Positions 12,331-23,619 of a stretch of DNA of 64,000 nucleotides are shown in pieces (within the stretch, counting starts at the first letter, position 1; every line of letters starts with the position of its first letter). The notes below the pieces were generated by a model. It did no database searches. It had not been told where the DNA came from and worked only from the letters and a program-made list of their open reading frames with translations. This stretch comes from Malacoraja senta. Taxonomy: Eukaryota. The stretch covers positions 2,728,001 through 2,792,000 of the forward strand of contig JAXLNO010002317.1 of the NCBI GenBank assembly GCA_038087875.1, read 5' to 3'. The position numbers and the translations under genes are program-made.

Positions 12331-12443
12331 GTAGGTCCGTCACGCACTGAAGTCCGGCCGGGGGAAGTGATAGGACGTTACACCGTGGGGGAAAGCAGAG
12401 GGGGACGCACGGGGGGGTGGGATACACTGGGGGGGACGAAACA

Positions 12444-13095
12444 TAGACAACAGGTGCAGGAGTTGGCCATTCGGCCCTTCGAGCCAGCACCGCTATTCAC
12501 TGTGATCATGGCTGATCATCCCCAATCAGTACCCCGTTCCTGCCTTCTCCCCATATCCCCTGACTCCGCTATCTTTAAGAGCCCTATCTAGCTCTCTTTT
12601 CAATTCATCCCGGGAACCTGCCTCCACCGCCCTCTGAGGCAGAGAATTCCACAGACTCACAACTCTCTGGGTGAAAAAGTTTTTTCTCAACTCAGCTTTA
12701 AATGGCCTCCCCCTTATGCTTAAACTGTGGCCCCTGGTTCTGGACTCCCCCAACATCGGGAACATTTTTCCTGCATCTAGCTTGTCCAGACCTTTTATAA
12801 TTTTATACGTTTCTATAAAATCCCCTCTCATCCTTCTAAATTCCAGTGAATATAAGCCCAGCCGCTCCATTCTCTCAACATATGACTGTCCTGCCATCCC
12901 AGGAATTAACCTGGTGAACCAACGCTGGGCTCCCTCAATAGCAAGAATGTCCTTCCTCAAATTAGGAGACCAAAACTGCACACAATACTCCAGGTGTGGT
13001 CTCACCAGCGCCCTGTACAACTGCAGAAGGACCTCTTTGCTCCTATACTCAACTCCTCTTGTTATGAAGGCCAACAGGCTATTCGCTTTCTTCAC
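12444..13095 (-). mobile_element. CR1 3' fragment; paralogue about 51115-51775 (+)
   Basis: ORF 12526-13095: [31 protein letters not shown]. Confidence 0.88.
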
Positions 13096-13096
13096 T

Positions 13097-14400
13097 GTGT
13101 CTCTGTGACTCTGACTCTGTCTCTGTGACTCTCTCTCTGTGTCTCTGTGACTCTCTCTCTGTGTCTCTCTGACTCTTTATCTCTGTGACTGTGTCTCTGC
13201 GATTCTGTGTCTCTGTGACTGTGTCTGTGTCTCTGTATCTCTGTGACTCTGTGTCTCTGTCAAGTCAAGTCAAGTCACATTTATTTATATAGCACATTTA
13301 AAAAACAACTCTCGTTGACCAAAGTGCTTTACATTTGTTATAAGAATAGTATAAACAAACAAACTACATACATATATACATATAGCCCTCGCTCAGAGGA
13401 CGTCAGGAAAGGCTTGGGAGTACAGATACGTTTTTAGTCTAGACTTAAAGGAGTCGATGGAGGGGGCAGTTCTGATGGGAAGGGGGATGCTGTTCCACAT
13501 TCTAGGAGCTGCAACCGCAAAGGCCCGGTCGCCCCTGAGCTTATGCCTAGACCGCGGGATATTCAGCAACGCCAAGTCGGCCGATCTGAGGGGCCTGGAG
13601 GTGGTGTAGTGGGTGAGAAGACTTTTAATGTAGGTGGGGGCAAGCCCATTGAGGGCTTTGTAGACAAAGAGGAGGGTCTTGACATTTATTCAGAACCGCA
13701 CAGGGAGCCAGTGGAGAGAGGCCATGATCGGGGTGATGTGGTCCCTTTTTCGGGTGCCCATCAGGAGTCTCGCTGTGGCGTTTTGGACCAGTTGCAGGCG
13801 GGACAGGGAAGATTGGCTGATGCCAGTGTAAAGGGAGTTGCAGTAATCTAGGCGGGAGGAGATGAATGTGTGGATGATCTTTTCCAGGTCATCAAAGTGG
13901 AGGAATTGTTTTATTTTAGCTATCATCCGAAGCTGAAAGAAGCCAGCTTTTACCACGGCATTGACTTGTTTGTCAAATTTCAGTGCTGAGTCAAATATCA
14001 CGCCAAGGTGTTTGACGTGAGGTTTGAGTAGTGGGGTAAGGTTTCTAAGGCTGCCTGCTATCGTTTTGATTGAGTCCGAGGGGCCGAGAAGGATGACCTT
14101 AGACTTACTCTCATTTACTTGGAGGAAGTTCTGGGCCATCCAACACTTTATATCCTCGAGGCAGTGGGTAAGGTTAAACAGATTTGATTGTTTTTTGTGA
14201 CTCTGTGACTCTGTGTCTCTGTGTCTCTGTGTCTGTGTCTGTGTCTCTGTTTCTCTGTGTCTCTGTGACTCTGTGTCTCTGTGACTCTGTGTCTCTGTGT
14301 CTCTGTGTCTCTGTGTCTCTGTCTGTGTCTCTGTGTCTCTGTGACTCTGTGTCTCTGTGACTGTGTCTCTGTGTCTCTGTGACTGTGTCTCTCTCTCTCT
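13097..14400. repeat. (TCTGTGTC/TCTGTGAC)n simple repeat split by the L2 fragment
   Basis: Arrays at about 13097-13260 and 14197-14400; paralogues 49690-50020, 50938-51115 and 63200-63300. Confidence 0.85.
13258..14190 (-). mobile_element. L2-clade LINE 3' fragment
   Basis: HCLEDIKCWMAQNFLQVNESKS, ISSRLDYCNSL, HWLPV, GDRAFAVAAPRMWNSIP, FKSRLKTYLYSQAF; AATAAA plus (GACTT)n tail. Confidence 0.88.
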
Positions 14401-14404
14401 GCAG

Positions 14405-14758
14405 GGGTGGTTGCCGTTCAGTGGGAGGTGAAGGCTCCAAGGGATGTCATGGCTGCCGTGGGAACCTGCGTACAGATTCCTTGCTCCTTCTCCCGTCCCG
14501 CCGGTTATCGGCTGAAAACCATTCAGTGGCTGAAGGATGACAAGACACACGGCATCCTCATCGTAAGCTCTCCGGAAAGTCCCGACCCTCTCCACCATCC
14601 AAGAGCAAAGATCCCAGAACAATGGGAGGGAGACAACGATTGCACCCTGACAATCGACAGTCTGACCAAGCGGGACGAGGGATGGTACTACTTCCGAATG
14701 GAGACCTATTGGGGTGTGAAATATTCCGGACCGGACGGGGTTCTGCTGAACATATCCG
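14405..14758 (+). CDS. Copy A Ig V-set domain 1 (Siglec type), intact
   Basis: TGCAG|GG acceptor, TCC G|GTAAG donor, 354 nt. QWEV..GTCVQIPCSF..W..NDCTLTI..DEGWYYFRME..KYS: Cys on B and E strands, extra N-terminal Cys, F-strand Arg. Confidence 0.92.
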
Positions 14759-14761
14759 GTA

Positions 14762-15535
14762 AGACAAACACAAAGTGCTGGAGTAACTCAGCGGGTCAGG
14801 CAGCATCTCTGGAGAACGTGGACAGGTACAAAGTGCTGGAGTAACTCAGCGGGTCAGGCAGCATCTCTGGAGAGAAGGAATGGGCAATGTTTCGAGTTGA
14901 GACCCTTCTTCAGACTGATGTCAGGGGAGGGGGGGGGACAGAGATAGAATGTAGTCGGAGACAGTAAGACTAGTGGGAGAACTGGGAAGGGGAGGGGATG
15001 GAGAGAGGGAAAGCAAGGGCTATCTGAAGTTAGAGAAGTCAATGTTCATACCGATGGGGTGTAAACTACCCAAGTGAAATATGAGGTGCTGCCCCTCCAA
15101 TTTGCGTTGGGCCTCACTCTGACAATGGAGGAGGCCCAGGACAGAAAGGTCGGATTGGGAATGGGAGGGGGAGTTGAAGTGCTGAGCCACCGGGTGATCA
15201 GGTAAGTTAAGATGGACTGAGCGGAGGTGTTCAGTGAAACGATCGCCAAGCCTGCGCTTGATCTCACCGATGTAGAGAAGTTGACACCTGGAACAGCGGA
15301 TACAGTAGATGAGGTTGGAGGAGGTGCAGGTGAACCTCTGCCTCACCAGGAAAGACTGTTTGGGTCCTTGGATGGAGTCGAGGGGGGGAGGTAAAGGGAC
15401 AAGTGTAGCATCTCCTGCGGTTGCAAGGGAAAGTACCCGGGGAGGGAGTGGTTTGGGTGGGAGGGAACGAGTTGACCAGGGAGTTATGGAGGGAACGGTC
15501 TCTGCGGGAAGCTGAAAGAGGAAGAGATGGATGTG
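14762..15535 (-). mobile_element. Penelope-like element 3' fragment (GIY-YIG endonuclease plus terminal repeat)
   Basis: NLIYCIRCSRCQLLYIGEIKRRLGDRFTEH..HPVAQHFN..E..LIFHLGSLHPIGMN; doubled GCTGCCTGACCCGCTGAGTTACTCCAGCA tail. Confidence 0.88.
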
Positions 15536-15614
15536 GCCAGTTGTGTCAAAAAAGAATGTATTTAATTTCAACACGATACAAAGACCAAAAAAGCAACCCA
15601 ACGAGGACAGGGGG

Positions 15615-16700
15615 TAGAATGCTGACGTGGATAGAGAAGTGGTTGGCAGACAGGAAACAAAGAGTAGGGATTAATGGGTCCCTTTCAGAATGGCAGGCAG
15701 TGACCAGTGGGGTACCGCAAGGCTCGTTGCTGGGACCGCAGCTATTAACGATATACATCAATGATTTAGATGAAGGGATTCAAAGTAACATTAGTAAATT
15801 TGCAGATGACACAAAGCTGGGTGGCAGTGTGAACCGTGAGGAGGATGCTTTGAGAATGCAGGGTGATTTGGACAGGTTGGGTGAGTGGGCAGATGCATGG
15901 TAGATGCAGTTTAATGTGGATAAATGTGAGGTTATCCACTTTGGTTGCAAAAACAGGAAGGCAGATTACTATCTAAATGGTGTCAAGTTGGGAAAAGGGG
16001 AAGTACAACGGGATCTGGGGGTCCTTGTTCATCAGTCAATGAAAGTAAGCATGCAGGTACAGCAGGCAGTGAAGAAAGCCAATGGCATGTTGGCCTTTAT
16101 AACAAGAGGAGTTGAGTATAGGAGAAAAGAGGTCCTTCTGCAGTTGTACAGGGCCCTGGTGAGACCACACCTGGAGTATTGTGTACAGTTTTGGTCCCCA
16201 AATTTGAGGAAGGACATTCTTGCTATTGAGGGAGTGCAGCGCAGGTTTACAAGGTCTATTCCCGGGATGGCGGGACTGTCATATGCTGAGAGAATGGAGA
16301 GGCTGGGCTTGTATACTCTGGAGTTTAGAAGGATGAGAGGTGATCTTATTGAAACATATAAGATTATTAAGGGCTTGGACACGCTAGAGGCAGGAACATA
16401 TTCCCGATGTTCGGGGAATCCAGAACCAGGGGCCACAGTTTAAGAATAAGAGGTCGGTCATTTAGAACGGAGACGAGGAAACACTTTTTCTCACAGAGAA
16501 TTGTGAGTCTGTGGAATTCTCTGCCTCAGAAGGTGGTGGAGGCCAGTTCTCTGGATACTTTCAAGAGAGAGCTAGATAGGGCTGTTAAAGATAGCGGAGT
16601 CAGGGGATATGGGGAGAAGGCAGGAACGGGGTACTGATTGTGGATGATCAGCCATGATCACAGTGAATGTCTGTGCTGGCTCGAAGGGCCGAATGGCTGA
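15615..16700 (+). mobile_element. CR1-clade LINE 3' fragment (RT C-terminus plus 3' UTR)
   Basis: [57 protein letters not shown]; paralogues at about 47395-48470 (-) and 60800-61870 (-). Confidence 0.9.
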
Positions 16701-16860
16701 ATGCCTATTGTATATTGTCTATTGTAAGGTGATGATTGAAAGTCTTTGCATCTTCTGGTACGCGGGAAATTGCAATGACTGAATAAAGTCCTTGTTAATG
16801 TGAGAAAAAACACGAGAGAAGAAAACTGTGCTAATTGATGCTCTGGCTCTCTCTCCGAAG

Positions 16861-17147
16861 ATGAATCCAGGTTGTTGACCATTTCCTCACCAGAGGAGAC
16901 CACTGAGGGAAATGAGGTGGTGCTAACCTGCTCGGTAAAGTTCGCCTGCCCTGGTCACCTGAGATGGAGAGGGTGGATGGTTTAGATCCAGTCTCTGAGA
17001 CCGAAACTCCAGGATCAGCTGAGAACTCCTGGACTACCAGCCTCACTCTGAGCTTCGTGGCTTCCTATCAAGACCACGGGAGGTCTTTGACATGTGTCCA
17101 TTCACCCGGAGAGTCTGCAGGGAAAAACGTCACCTTGATCGTCAACT
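16861..17147 (+). CDS. Copy A C2-set domain 2, frameshifted
   Basis: CCGAAG|ATG acceptor, AAC T|GTGAGT donor; 287 nt versus 288 in B and C (GGGTGGATGG versus GGGATGGATGG near 16973). LTCSVKFACPGHLRW..LTCVH. Confidence 0.88.
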
Positions 17148-18211
17148 GTGAGTCACACAGTCATGGCAACATCCGCTCTCTCTCTCCCTCTCCCTCTCTC
17201 TCTCTCTCTCTCCTCCCTCACTTTCTCTCCCCTCTCTCTCTCTCTCTCTCTCTCTATTACTCTCCCCAACTTCTCTCCATCCTTTGTCTCTCTTTCTACA
17301 TTGCTTGCTCTCTCTGTTTCTCTCTCACGCTTTCTTTCTCTCTCCCCCTCCTTCCCCTCTCTCTATCTCGCACTTTCTGTCTCTCCCTCTCTCTCTCCCA
17401 GCACCCTGTCCTATCCATGTACATTTCCCAGAGTAGGGTAATCGAGGACCAGAGGACATGGGTTCAAGGTGAAGGGGAAAAGATTTAGTAGGAATCTGAG
17501 GGGTAACCTTTCCACACAAAGGGTGGTGGGTGTATGGAACGAGCTGCCGGAGGAGGTAGTTGAGGCTGGGACTATCCCAACGTTTAAGGAACAGTTGGAC
17601 AGTTACATGGATATGACAGGTTTGGAGGGATATGGGCCAAACACGGGCAGATGGGACTAGTGTAGATGCGGCATGTTGGCCAGCATGGGCAAGTTGGGGC
17701 CGAAGGGCCTGTTTCCACACTGTATCACTCGATGCCGATCTACGGGGTATAGATCAGATATAGAAATGGGCAGAGCAATGACAGATGAAGTTTAATTCGA
17801 GCAAGTGTGAGGTGTTGCATTTTGGGAGGTCAAATGTTTGGGGAAAATTTGCAATTAATGGCAAGATCTTGAACAGTGTTCTGGACAAAATCCAGAACGT
17901 CCTGAATGTGACGACCCAACAGATAGAGGAGTAAAGAAGGTATTATGGTATGTTTGTTTTAGTTTAGTTTAGAGATACAGTGTGGAAACAGGGGGNNNNN
18001 NNNNNNNNNNNNNNNNNNNNNNNNNNNNNNNNNNNNNNNNNNNNNNNNNNNNNNNNNNNNNNNNNNNNNNNNNNNNNNNNNNNNNNNNNNNNNNNNNNNN
18101 NNNNNNNNNNNNNNNNNNNNNNNNNNNNNNNNNNNNNNNNNNNNGGTGAGGAGGGATCTCCCCTCTGCGTTCCCCGGCTCATTAGGGTTTAAATACTTTT
18201 TGTTTTCACAG

Positions 18212-18487
18212 ATGCACCCAGATCTGTTCTCATGACCCTCTCTCCCTTCACGTTCTCTCCTGGAGTGAGTTTTCTATCCCTCAGATGTACAGTGGGGTCT
18301 AGTAATCCTCCAGTTACAAGTTACAGGTGGCACCAGAATAGGTCTGGATCATCCCAGACGACTGAAACACAGACGTCTACAAACAAGATCAAGATCGACC
18401 AAATAACTAAAGACACAGATTACTGGTGTGAAGCCGTCAATTCAGTTGGACGAACGACCTCCGAGAAAACCAAGCTTCCCGTTTACG
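18212..18487 (+). CDS. Copy A C2-set domain 3, intact
   Basis: TTCACAG|ATG acceptor, 276 nt, YAPRSV..LRCTVGSSNPPVTSYRW..DYWCEAVNSVG; weak donor TAC G|GTTCGT. Confidence 0.88.
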
Positions 18488-18495
18488 GTTCGTAG

Positions 18496-18885
18496 TAATT
18501 TAGTTTAGAGATACAGCGCGGAAACAGGTCCTTCGGCCCACCGAGTCCGTGCCGACCAGCGATCGCCCGTTCACACACTAGTTTAGTTTAGAGATACAGT
18601 GCGGAAACAGGCCCTTCGGCCCATGGCGACCAGCAATCCCCACACTAACACTATCCTACCCCCGAGTCCATGCCGACCAGCGATCCCCGAACACTAACAC
18701 TATCCTACACATGCTTGGGACAACTTTTTTTTTACACACATTTTACGGCAAGTCAATTAACTGACAAACCCGCACGTCTTTGGAGTGGGGGGGGAACCGG
18801 AGCGCCCGGAGAAAACTCGCGCGGGTCACGGGGAGGATGTGCAAACTCCGCACTGGCACCACCCGTGGTCGGGATCAAACCCATC
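18496..18885 (-). mobile_element. Degenerate V-SINE with duplicated tail filling the D3-V2 intron; paralogues about 45125-45520 and 58150-58500
   Basis: V-domain and repeated GGGCCGAAGGGCCTGTTTCCGC..CTAAACTAAAC tails. Confidence 0.72.
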
Positions 18886-18950
18886 ACTGCGAGGCTGGGT
18901 TGGCCTGGTTTTGTCTCCCTTTGTCTCACTCTGCCTCTGGTTTCTTTCAG

Positions 18951-19292
18951 GGGTCTCCGGCTGGGCGGTGTGGACCCCCGTCTCCGTCCGAGCCCGCGTC
19001 GGGAGTTGTGTGACAATCCCGTGTCGCTTCCGTGTGCCCGGGGACAAGCCTGGTCCCTGGACCGGCATTTGGTTCAAAGACGACAACTACAGCGGGACAC
19101 GTGTGTACACCACCTCAGGCGAGAGTGGGGCCGATTATAAACGACGGGTGTACTTTCTGGGTAGCATGGAAGATCAAAACTGTTCATTGGAGATTCAGAA
19201 CCTAGGTTCGTCAGATAGTGGGAAATATTTCTTCCGTCTTGAAGGCTCAGATAAATGGTCGGATCCCATCGGCGTAAATCTCCTAGTGTCAG
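18951..19292 (+). CDS. Copy A second (internal) Siglec-type V-set, domain 4, intact
   Basis: TTTCAG|GG acceptor, TCA G|GTGAGT donor, 342 nt. GWAVW..GSCVTIPCRF..GIWFK..QNCSLEI..DSGKYFFRLE..KWS. Confidence 0.92.
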
Positions 19293-19779
19293 GTGAGTTG
19301 GCCGACTCTGCCGTGGCTGGGTGAATGATGAGTTGGCCCCGGGTGCTGGACTGTACACAAAGCCCAGCCGGCGGGCCAGCTGAGGAGTTTTGGCCCGGGG
19401 GGCAAAGTCCGGCGTCCCCGTCCAACTCGTGAATCGCTGATCGGCCCATGAGAAGGAGGGGGGGTGGTGGTGGTGGTGGTGTCGGCGGTCAGCGAAGGTC
19501 CGAAGATCGGACAGCTGGCCGGGCTGCCGACCGACCGACGGGGCCATGGGCGAGGCGCTGCTGCTGCTGCTGCTGCACTCCATGGGCTGCGCTATGTCGG
19601 GGATGGGCGAGGCAGGGCCGGACGCGGCGCTCCGACCCGACAGTCCCCTCGACCCGAGTAGTAGCAGTCAAACACGGGACAAGGGCGGTCCCGTATGGGA
19701 CAAACCAATTTATAGGCCAATGTACGGATGTCCCACTAATACGGGACAGTTGGCAACCATAGGTCAGTTGGATGATCCT

Positions 19780-20860
19780 CACGTTATAGGAGCAGAATTA
19801 GGCCATTTGGCCCATCTAAACTACTCCGCCATTCAATCATGGCCGATCTATCTCTCCCTCCCAACCCCATTTTCCTGCCTTCTCCCCATAACCTCTGGCA
19901 CCCGTAATAATCAAGAATCTCTCTCTACCTTAAAAATATCCACTGACTTGTGGCCTTCACCGCCGTCTGTGGCAAAGAATCCCACAGATTCACCCCCCTC
20001 TGACTGAAGAAATTCCTCCTCATCTGCTTCCTAACAGAACGTCCTTTAATTCTGAGGCTGTGCCCTCTGGTCCTAGACTCTCCCACTAGTGGAAACATCC
20101 TCTCCACATCCACTCTATCCGGGCCTTTCATTATTCGGTGACGTTTCAATGAATCCCCCCCCCCCCTCGTTCTTCTAAACTCCAGCGAGGACAGGCCCAG
20201 TGCCGACAAACGTTCATCGTACGCTAACCCACTCATTCCTGGGATCGTTCTTGTAAACCTCCTCTGGACCCTCTCCAGAGCCGGCACATCCTTCCTCAGA
20301 TATGGGGCCCAAAATTCCTCTCAATATTCCAAATGTGGCCTGACCAGCCCCTTAAACGTTGGGATAGTCCCAGCCTCCTCTGGCAGCTCGTTCCAGCTCG
20401 TGTGGAAAAAGTTACCCATCAGATTGCTATTAAATCTTTTCCCCTTCACCTTGAACCTGTGTCCTCTAGTCCTCGATTCCCCTTCTCTGGGCAAGAGACT
20501 CTGTGCATCCACCCGACCTATTCCTCTCATGATTTTGTACACCTCTATAAGATCGCCCCTCATCCTCCTGCGCTCCAAGGAATAGAGTCCCAGCCTGCCC
20601 CAACCTCTCCCTGTAGCTCAGGCCCCTCGAATCCCAGCAACATCCTTGTAAATCTTCTCTGAACCCTTTCCAGCTCTACGACATATTTCCTGTAACACTG
20701 TGCCCAGAACTGAACACAATACTCTAAATGCGGCCTCACCAACGTCTTGTACAACTGCAACGTGTCCTCCCGACTTCTAGACTCAATACTCTGACTGATG
20801 AAGGCCAAAGTGCCAAAGGCCTTGTTGACCACCTTATCTACCTGCGACTCCATTCTGCAC
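19780..20860 (-). mobile_element. CR1 3' fragments of two subfamilies
   Basis: [29 protein letters not shown] in ORFs 19925-20287, 20321-20578 and 20560-20853. Confidence 0.82.
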
Positions 20861-21036
20861 CTTTGCTTATGACCTTATTGAATAATTGAAATGAATAAAT
20901 TTTATTAGCCAAGTATATACACATACAAGGAATTTGCCTTGGTGCTCCACTCGCAAGTAACAACACGATATACAGTAGACAATTAAAAATAAAACATTAT
21001 AATTTAAACATGTGAAGAATAGACAATAGACAATAG

Positions 21037-21894
21037 AGATTAGAGATTAGAGATTCCTTTATTTGTCATTCAGACCTTTCGGTCTGAACGAAATTTCGTT
21101 GCCTGCAGTCATACGTATAATAATAAATAACAAAACACACAATAAACACAAATTAACATCCACCACAGTGAGTTCACCAGGCACCTCCTCACTGTGACGG
21201 AGGCGAAAGTCTTAAAGTCTCTGTCTCTTCCCTCTTTGTTCTCCCTCTGCGCTGAGGCGATCCAGGCTTCTGATGTTGTGGCCCCGCCGGGTGATGGTAA
21301 GTCAGTCCCGCGGCTGAATCCATGCTCTGCGACGGGCCGGTTCAAACTCCGCGGCATGGGGTGGTCGAAGCTGCCGAAGCTGCCGCCCTCCAGTCCAGCG
21401 GACGCAGCTGTAGTTGCGGGAGCTCCAGAAAAACAGGTCACCCACCTGTGACCTGCGAGCTCCCGACGATGTCGTCCACTGGGCCCGCGGCCGAGCCTCC
21501 GGATTCAGGTCGCCACCAGCGTCCTCGGTCGCCACCACCGGAACGCTGGAATGCCACCGCAGCCCCGAAGTTGGCCAGCCTCGCGTTGGTAAGTCCTGGC
21601 TCTGCCTCCGGAGCCTCAAGGTCGGTCGGTCGCAGTTGGAGGCCGTCAGCTCCGCTACTAGGCCTCAGCGCAGACGGAGGCAGAGAAGGGGGATACGACA
21701 AAAAAAAGTCGCATTCCCCCGAAGGAAGAGACAAAAATCATGTTTCACCCACCCACCCCACACATACACAACCCAGTAAACTAAAATTTAACTAACACAG
21801 GACAAAAGAAAACAACAAAAAAAGTAAAAACAGACGGACTGCAGGCGAGCCGCTGCTGTTCAACAGCGCCGCCACTTCTGGAGTGGCGGCGCTG
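21037..21894 (-). mobile_element. GC-rich non-coding retroposon, unclassified family
   Basis: 3' stem-loop, AATAAA and (AATCTCT)n tail; 13-bp terminal hairpin 21864-21894; absent from the B arm. Relatives at 39142-40877 (-, interrupted), about 39290-40175 (+) and about 55545-56100 (-). Confidence 0.6.
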
Positions 21895-22457
21895 TAGGTG
21901 CAGGAGTAGGCCATTTGGCTCTTTGAGCCAGCACCGCCATTCAATGTGATCATGACTGATCATCCCCAATCAGTACCCCGTTCCTGCCTTCTCCCCATAT
22001 CCCCTGACTCCGCTATCTTTAAGAGCTCAATCTAACTCTCTCTTGAAAGCATCCAGAGAACCGGCCTCCACCGCCCTCTGAGGCAGAGAATTCCACAGAC
22101 TCATAACTTTCTGTGAGAAAAATTGTTTCCTCATCTCCGTTCTAAATGGCCGACCCCATAGTCTTAAACTGTGTGGCCCCTGGTTCTGGACTCCCCCAAC
22201 ATCGGGAACATGTTTCCTGCCTCTAGCGTGTCCGAACCCTTCATAATCTTATATGTTTTAATAAGATATCCTCTCATCCTTCTAAACTCCAGAGTATACA
22301 AGCCCAGCTGCTCCATTCTCTCAGCATATGGCAGACCCGCCATCCCGGGAATTTTTTACTGTGGCCCCACCCATTTTAAAGTCCCTGGAGATGATGGTTC
22401 CCAGAAACTTAAACGACTCCACAGATGTGAAGCTTAAACTTGTCGTTCCTTCACCAG

Positions 22458-22754
22458 GAGAGCTGGAAACACCGGAGATCGGCGACCCAGGACAGGTGGT
22501 GGAGGGGAGGGCGGTGTCTCTGACCTGCTCCCTGCACAGTTACTGCGCGGACGACGTTCCTCTCCTCCTCTGGCAGCCCCCTCCCCACCGCCCTGCCGTG
22601 ACCCGCATCGTTTACTGGGACCAGCACTGGATCCACTCCAGCGAGGTGGAATTCATGCCCAGCTCCGACGAAAGACAGTGGTCGGTTTCGTGCAAGGCCA
22701 CATTTGTTACCAGGACCTCTTCCGTCCGAACAATGAGATCGCTGGACATCAAGT
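22458..22754 (+). CDS. Copy A C2-set domain 5 (Siglec domain-2 type), intact
   Basis: CACCAG|GAG acceptor, AAG T|GTAAGT donor, 297 nt; ELETPEIGDPGQVVEGRAVSLTCSLHSYC..W..VSCKATF. Confidence 0.9.
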
Positions 22755-23619
22755 GTAAGTCGCCGAATATGTACCCCCCCCCCCCCTTCATAATGTGTCT
22801 GTATGTGTCTGACCTCTCACCTCCATGTCTCTGTAACCCTCTCCCCTCTCTCCGGCCCCTACACCCCCTCTCACCTTTCAAGAGAGAGCTAGATAGGGCT
22901 CTTAAAGATATGGGGAGAAGGCAGGAACGGGGTACTGATTGTGGATGATCAGCCATGATCACATTAAATGGCGGTGCTGGCTCGAAGGGCCGAATGGCCT
23001 ACTCATGCACCTATTGTCTATTATTTCTGTGTGTGTCTCTCTAAGAGCCCTATCTAACTCACTCTTGAAAGCATCCAGATAACTGGCCTCTACCGCCCTC
23101 TGAGGCAGAGAATTCCACAGACTCACAACTCTCTGGATGAAAAAGTGTTTCCTCGTCTCCGTTCTAAATTTCTTACCCCTTATTCTTAAACTGTGGCCCC
23201 TGGTTCTGGACTCCCCCAACATCGGGAACATCCCTCCCACCCTCTCTCTCTCTCTCTCTCCCTCTCCTTCTCTCTCTCTCACTCCCTTTATCTCTCTCNN
23301 NNNNNNNNNNNNNNNNNNNNNNNNNNNNNNNNNNNNNNNNNNNNNNNNNNNNNNNNNNNNNNNNNNNNNNNNNNNNNNNNNNNNNNNNNNNNNNNNNNNN
23401 NNNNNNNNNNNNNNNNNNNNNNNNNNNNNNNNNNNNNNNNNNNNNNNNNNNNNNNNNNNCTCCCCCTCTCCCTTCCTCTCTTTCTCTCCCTCCCTCCCTT
23501 CCTCTCCCCCTCTCTCCCTTTTTTTTTTTTTTTTTTACTTTTCAAAAACTTTATTCAACACACTCAATGATACATCACATCAATACATAATCAAAGATAC
23601 ATTATATCAAACCACATCA

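Larger units (their letters stand above)
7225..23042. repeat. Outer arm of an inverted segmental duplication; partner about 41809-55405
   Basis: Exons, unique upstream islands and intronic TE fragments recur in reverse-complement order, with arm-specific indels. Confidence 0.88.

Noticed and set aside
11513-12490. Long Ser/Leu/Pro or Arg/Glu ORFs (also 33146-34099, 35188-35628, 51684-52722)
   Set aside because: Translations of GA/CT microsatellites and N-runs; no coding signal.
21864-21897. Helitron 3' end (hairpin plus TAG)
   Set aside because: The opposite end has AATAAA and a tandem tail typical of retroposons; no CTRR terminus after a spaced hairpin and no Rep/helicase.
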